Shown in pieces: positions 38,967-42,198 of a DNA stretch of 42,198 nt. This stretch comes from Trichomonas gallinae (Eukaryota). Both the position numbers and the translations under genes were made by a program. The stretch covers positions 1-42,198 of the forward strand of contig MRSU01004210.1 in NCBI GenBank assembly GCA_008369845.1, given 5' to 3'. The number at the start of each line of letters is the position of its first letter. The first letter of the stretch is position 1. The notes beneath the pieces were generated by a model that was not told where the DNA came from, ran no database searches, and worked only from the letters and a program-made list of their open reading frames with translations.

Positions 38967-39442
38967 TAGTTTAATCTACTACATCATGAGGTTCGAAGTA
39001 CTATAAAATATACGAAAAGCAAGGCTATTAATGCGATTAAAACTCATAATTTTCGAAATATTGCTACTCACTTAACATATATTTAAAGAAAAACATCATT
39101 AGGTAAAATCATATCTGATGTTACAATATAGATTGCATAATTAAAAAAATTAAATTAATTTTATAATATTTTAACATATTTGTTCTACACATTCATATAT
39201 TATAATTTATGACGAAAGAACTAAAGTTCACATCACAATTTTGCTTAATTCAAAAGAGATAATATAAATTATATATTTAAGAAATGCCATGAATTATAGA
39301 CATGGTTTTGAGTTTTGAAGTAATCGGATTTGAATTTTGTATAAAATGAATGTCTTAAGACAATGATATTTCCAAGAATTAGAAATATTTAGGTTTTATT
39401 CGTATTTTATATGATAAAATGGAAAGAATTGATATTTACAAC

Positions 39443-39619
39443 TTACGCACCCTTCTTTTCTGGCTTTTTCTCGAGCGGCTTGACAGAAAGTAAAGCCTCG
39501 ATGTTAACTGGGAGTTGAACGTTGTCATCAAACTTGATGCAGATTGGGCATCTGTTTTCGAATGGTAATGTCATCTCGTAACCGCAAACTGGGCACTTCT
39601 GCTTAGTAACTTCAGACAT
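39443..39619 (-). CDS. Small zinc-ribbon protein (58 aa)
   Basis: CPVC-x11-CPIC with coding-like GC content in an AT-rich context. ATG at 39619. Confidence 0.7.
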   Translation of the reverse strand: MSEVTKQKCPVCGYEMTLPFENRCPICIKFDDNVQLPVNIEALLSVKPLEKKPEKKGA

Positions 39620-40000
39620 AATTACGTAATGGACCACAAACCGTAAATTTCCCTCAAATTTTCAAAAATTTTGCATTTTTTCTTTCGCCTTGTTATTCAT
39701 GCTATAAACTATACTCAACCCACAGATCTTAAATTCTCAATAGTCATGATCAGATACTAAAATATAAAATTTCAAATATTATTTTGATGTCTTCATAGAC
39801 TCTTTGTTTAATCATTTGTCATTTCTTGAGGAGTCTTAATCATATTGTCAATCAATATTGTTCAAAAAAAGTCGTAAATTATGAATCAAAATTATTATGC
39901 TTCAACACAGTGAAAAATAAGAAAAATGAAGTAGCATATCTAACTTTTTAACAGAACTAATACGAAATCTGGGATGTGTAGAGATATAATATCTGAAATT

Positions 40001-40441
40001 TTATCTTGCAGTGACGAGGATCACGTTGTATGCGAGAACGCAAATTGCGAAGTATAAAATGATGCCAATAAGCTGCAAAATGTCTGTAAATAAGAGGAGA
40101 CCAGCAATAAGCAAAAATACAAAGGCAAATGAAAGAGTAAATGATGGAATTGGATAGTCCTTCATCATGCGATATGCTCTATCCTCAGTAATGTTGCGTG
40201 TGACGAAAATAAGGTAAATTGAAGTAATTATGCAAATGACGAGGCATATTACTCCGAATCTGAATGCATTCTTTTGTGTGACGTTAGCAGCACGAAATTG
40301 TTCGAAAACATTCATCTGAAATGAAATAAAGCCAATAACCATGCATGCCATCATGATATAAAACAGTCTATTGATTTTTGGGTTGATATTTGCGTTATCT
40401 CTTTCGCGAAATGCTGTGGGAACAACTGGTCCGTTCTGCAT
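40001..40441 (-). CDS. Four-TM membrane protein, TMEM128-like
   Basis: Four hydrophobic helices and a SIYLIFV...KDYPIP loop pattern. Confidence 0.55.
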   Translation of the reverse strand: MQNGPVVPTAFRERDNANINPKINRLFYIMMACMVIGFISFQMNVFEQFRAANVTQKNAFRFGVICLVICIITSIYLIFVTRNITEDRAYRMMKDYPIPSFTLSFAFVFLLIAGLLLFTDILQLIGIILYFAICVLAYNVILVTAR

Positions 40442-40510
40442 TAAAAAATGCTTTTTATTCCGGTGTTGGTGTCACTTTTTGAGATTGAACTACTCTGTTT
40501 TATTGATATA

Positions 40511-41209
40511 ATGAGTAATAATACTGAACTAGAGAATACAAACATTCCAGCGGAAGAACAGCAACAACAAGACAAAACAGATCCGAGCAATATTGTGAAT
40601 AATAAAGACGAAAATCAGCCTGAGGAAGAATATCAGTCATTATTTGGTCCTCCGGTCAATAGAAGCAAGGAAGAAACACAAGAATTAATTCTCCGCGAAG
40701 GATTTACTGGCATGTACAATCTTCAGGTCTACGATAAACACTGTTATGTTCGTTTTCATACAAAAGCAGAATTCGAAGCTTTCAACAAACACTTCGATAA
40801 CTTCGTTTACAATGGTGTTAAAATGTTTGCTACAGAATCTAAAAAGCGCCTTGTTAAATATCCACCTTGCACAAGAATTTGTGTATCAAATTTCGGTGGA
40901 AAGCGCCCAACAGATAGAGATCTTTACATGAAGTTATCCCCATATGGCTACGTTAAACATATTTCAATGAAACAAAGATACGCATTCGTTGATTTTGATA
41001 CAATCGAAGATGCAAAAGCTGTTATGGAAGCTTTAGGACCAAATTCCAATAATCAAGATTTTCATATGTCATTAGAATATTGCCAGGAGGCTCCAAAAAC
41101 AGATTTTACTGGTATGGTTTTACCACTAACTGAAATATTACACCCTGGCCACGAATTTTGGCAACAGCTTGTTAGTATTATTCAAGGTCGTAGCAAAGCA
41201 TTCAACTAA
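40511..41209 (+). CDS. RRM-containing RNA-binding protein (two RRMs)
   Basis: Motifs HCYVRF, RICVSNF (RNP2) and RYAFVDF (RNP1). ATG at 40511 with GTCACTTTTT upstream (~40470). Confidence 0.85.
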   Translation: MSNNTELENTNIPAEEQQQQDKTDPSNIVNNKDENQPEEEYQSLFGPPVNRSKEETQELILREGFTGMYNLQVYDKHCYVRFHTKAEFEAFNKHFDNFVYNGVKMFATESKKRLVKYPPCTRICVSNFGGKRPTDRDLYMKLSPYGYVKHISMKQRYAFVDFDTIEDAKAVMEALGPNSNNQDFHMSLEYCQEAPKTDFTGMVLPLTEILHPGHEFWQQLVSIIQGRSKAFN

Positions 41210-41539
41210 TTCCAACGAAAATTCTATCAAATATTTTTATAGAGTCAAATGCGTCATCTTCATAATAAAATATTTATTATTGTATCGATTATAAATCATT
41301 AACTTGTTTCTATATTGATTTAATCAAATGAATTTTTGTATTGATAAATAAATGTTAATTTTTTAGACTTTTCTAACTGTTGAGACGATATTAAAGCTAA
41401 AAAATGCTATGAACCGGAATTCACAAGTTGATTGAAAAAAATTGATTTGCAAATATTACATTTACTTACATATGTGATTAATAGCGGTCTAATATATTAT
41501 TTTATACACAAAACAAAACATATCAATAAAAAGAAAAAA

Positions 41540-41893
41540 TTAATTTTTTGGAAGTGCAAGCTCAGAAGCTTTTTCGAGAAGCTTCTTAGCTTTCTCTTCC
41601 AATTCTGGATGTAATGGTAACGCCTCTTGTATTTGATTACGAAAGAAATTTAATTGCTTTTCCAGCATGGAATTTTGTGCCTCTTTTGCTGCAATTTCTT
41701 GCTGTTTCTTCGCAATAAGCTCTTGTAACTGCATATTTTCCTCCTTTAATCTTTTCAGCTGCTCTCTTTTTCCTATTCGTTTTTTAGGTTGTTTTTTCAT
41801 ATTCGGCATCATCTGATCTGCCTGTATGTTTCCTAAGGAAGACACAATCGCTGCAAAATCGCTCTGGAAGTTTTCATTCACTGAATTCGACAT
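41540..41893 (-). CDS. Small bZIP-like basic/coiled-coil protein
   Basis: Basic region KKQPKKRIGKREQ followed by heptads ending QNSMLEKQLNFF. An M3-like AACCGCTA lies 34 nt upstream. Confidence 0.6.
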   Translation of the reverse strand: MSNSVNENFQSDFAAIVSSLGNIQADQMMPNMKKQPKKRIGKREQLKRLKEENMQLQELIAKKQQEIAAKEAQNSMLEKQLNFFRNQIQEALPLHPELEEKAKKLLEKASELALPKN

Positions 41894-42198
41894 GCATCAA
41901 TTCAATTAAGGCACTTTTTTGATCTTTAGCGGTTTTACTCGAGTAGTTAGTTTATAAACTAATATACTCCTTCTAAATGCTTCACCTCTACATAACCGTT
42001 TTAACCTATCATATGATAATAGTCTTGCTTAATTAAAAATCAATAAAAATATACTAGCTGAAATATGTCGATTGTAATGTTATTTACTGATTCAACAATC
42101 CGTTGGAGTTCGAAACTAAGCTCTTTAATATCATCTGGGATTCCATCTGATGGATAAAAGTATTTTTTGCTAAATGTTTGCTCGTTTTCAGCATCTAT

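Noticed and set aside
1..42198. Maverick/Mariner transposons, rRNA, CRISPR
   Set aside because: No transposase, integrase or polB ORFs, no long terminal inverted repeats, no rRNA motifs and no repeat-spacer arrays seen.

Overview
This is an AT-rich, gene-dense eukaryotic window with no evident introns, almost certainly from a trichomonad (Parabasalia, Trichomonas-like). The evidence is a hydrogenosomal NuoE with an ML..SRFF presequence, Inr/AAAGTGAC/M3-type core promoter motifs next to ATGs, and ankyrin and kinase pseudogene debris in the spacers. It holds about 22 protein genes: NuoE, a 2676-aa BLTP1/Csf1-like lipid-bridge protein, an ODA docking-complex subunit, a bacterial-type GH3 NagZ, an interrupted meckelin, a degenerate TRMT2A-like protein, an Mps1-like transmembrane pseudokinase, KANSL2-like, Snapin-like, AP-4 sigma, RalGAP-beta-like, Naa30, a DUF4795-like protein, an axonemal dynein-light/TSNAXIP1-like protein, TAF12-like, a CDK and several small proteins. 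Signals outside the ORF track include a 40-bp intergenic hairpin whose mismatches become G-U pairs on the minus strand, a candidate box C/D snoRNA, in-frame stops inside two apparently flagellar genes, a CpG-rich patch, and a dense cluster of AAAAGTGAC motifs in a divergent promoter. All family calls come from motif recognition by eye; no database searches were run.
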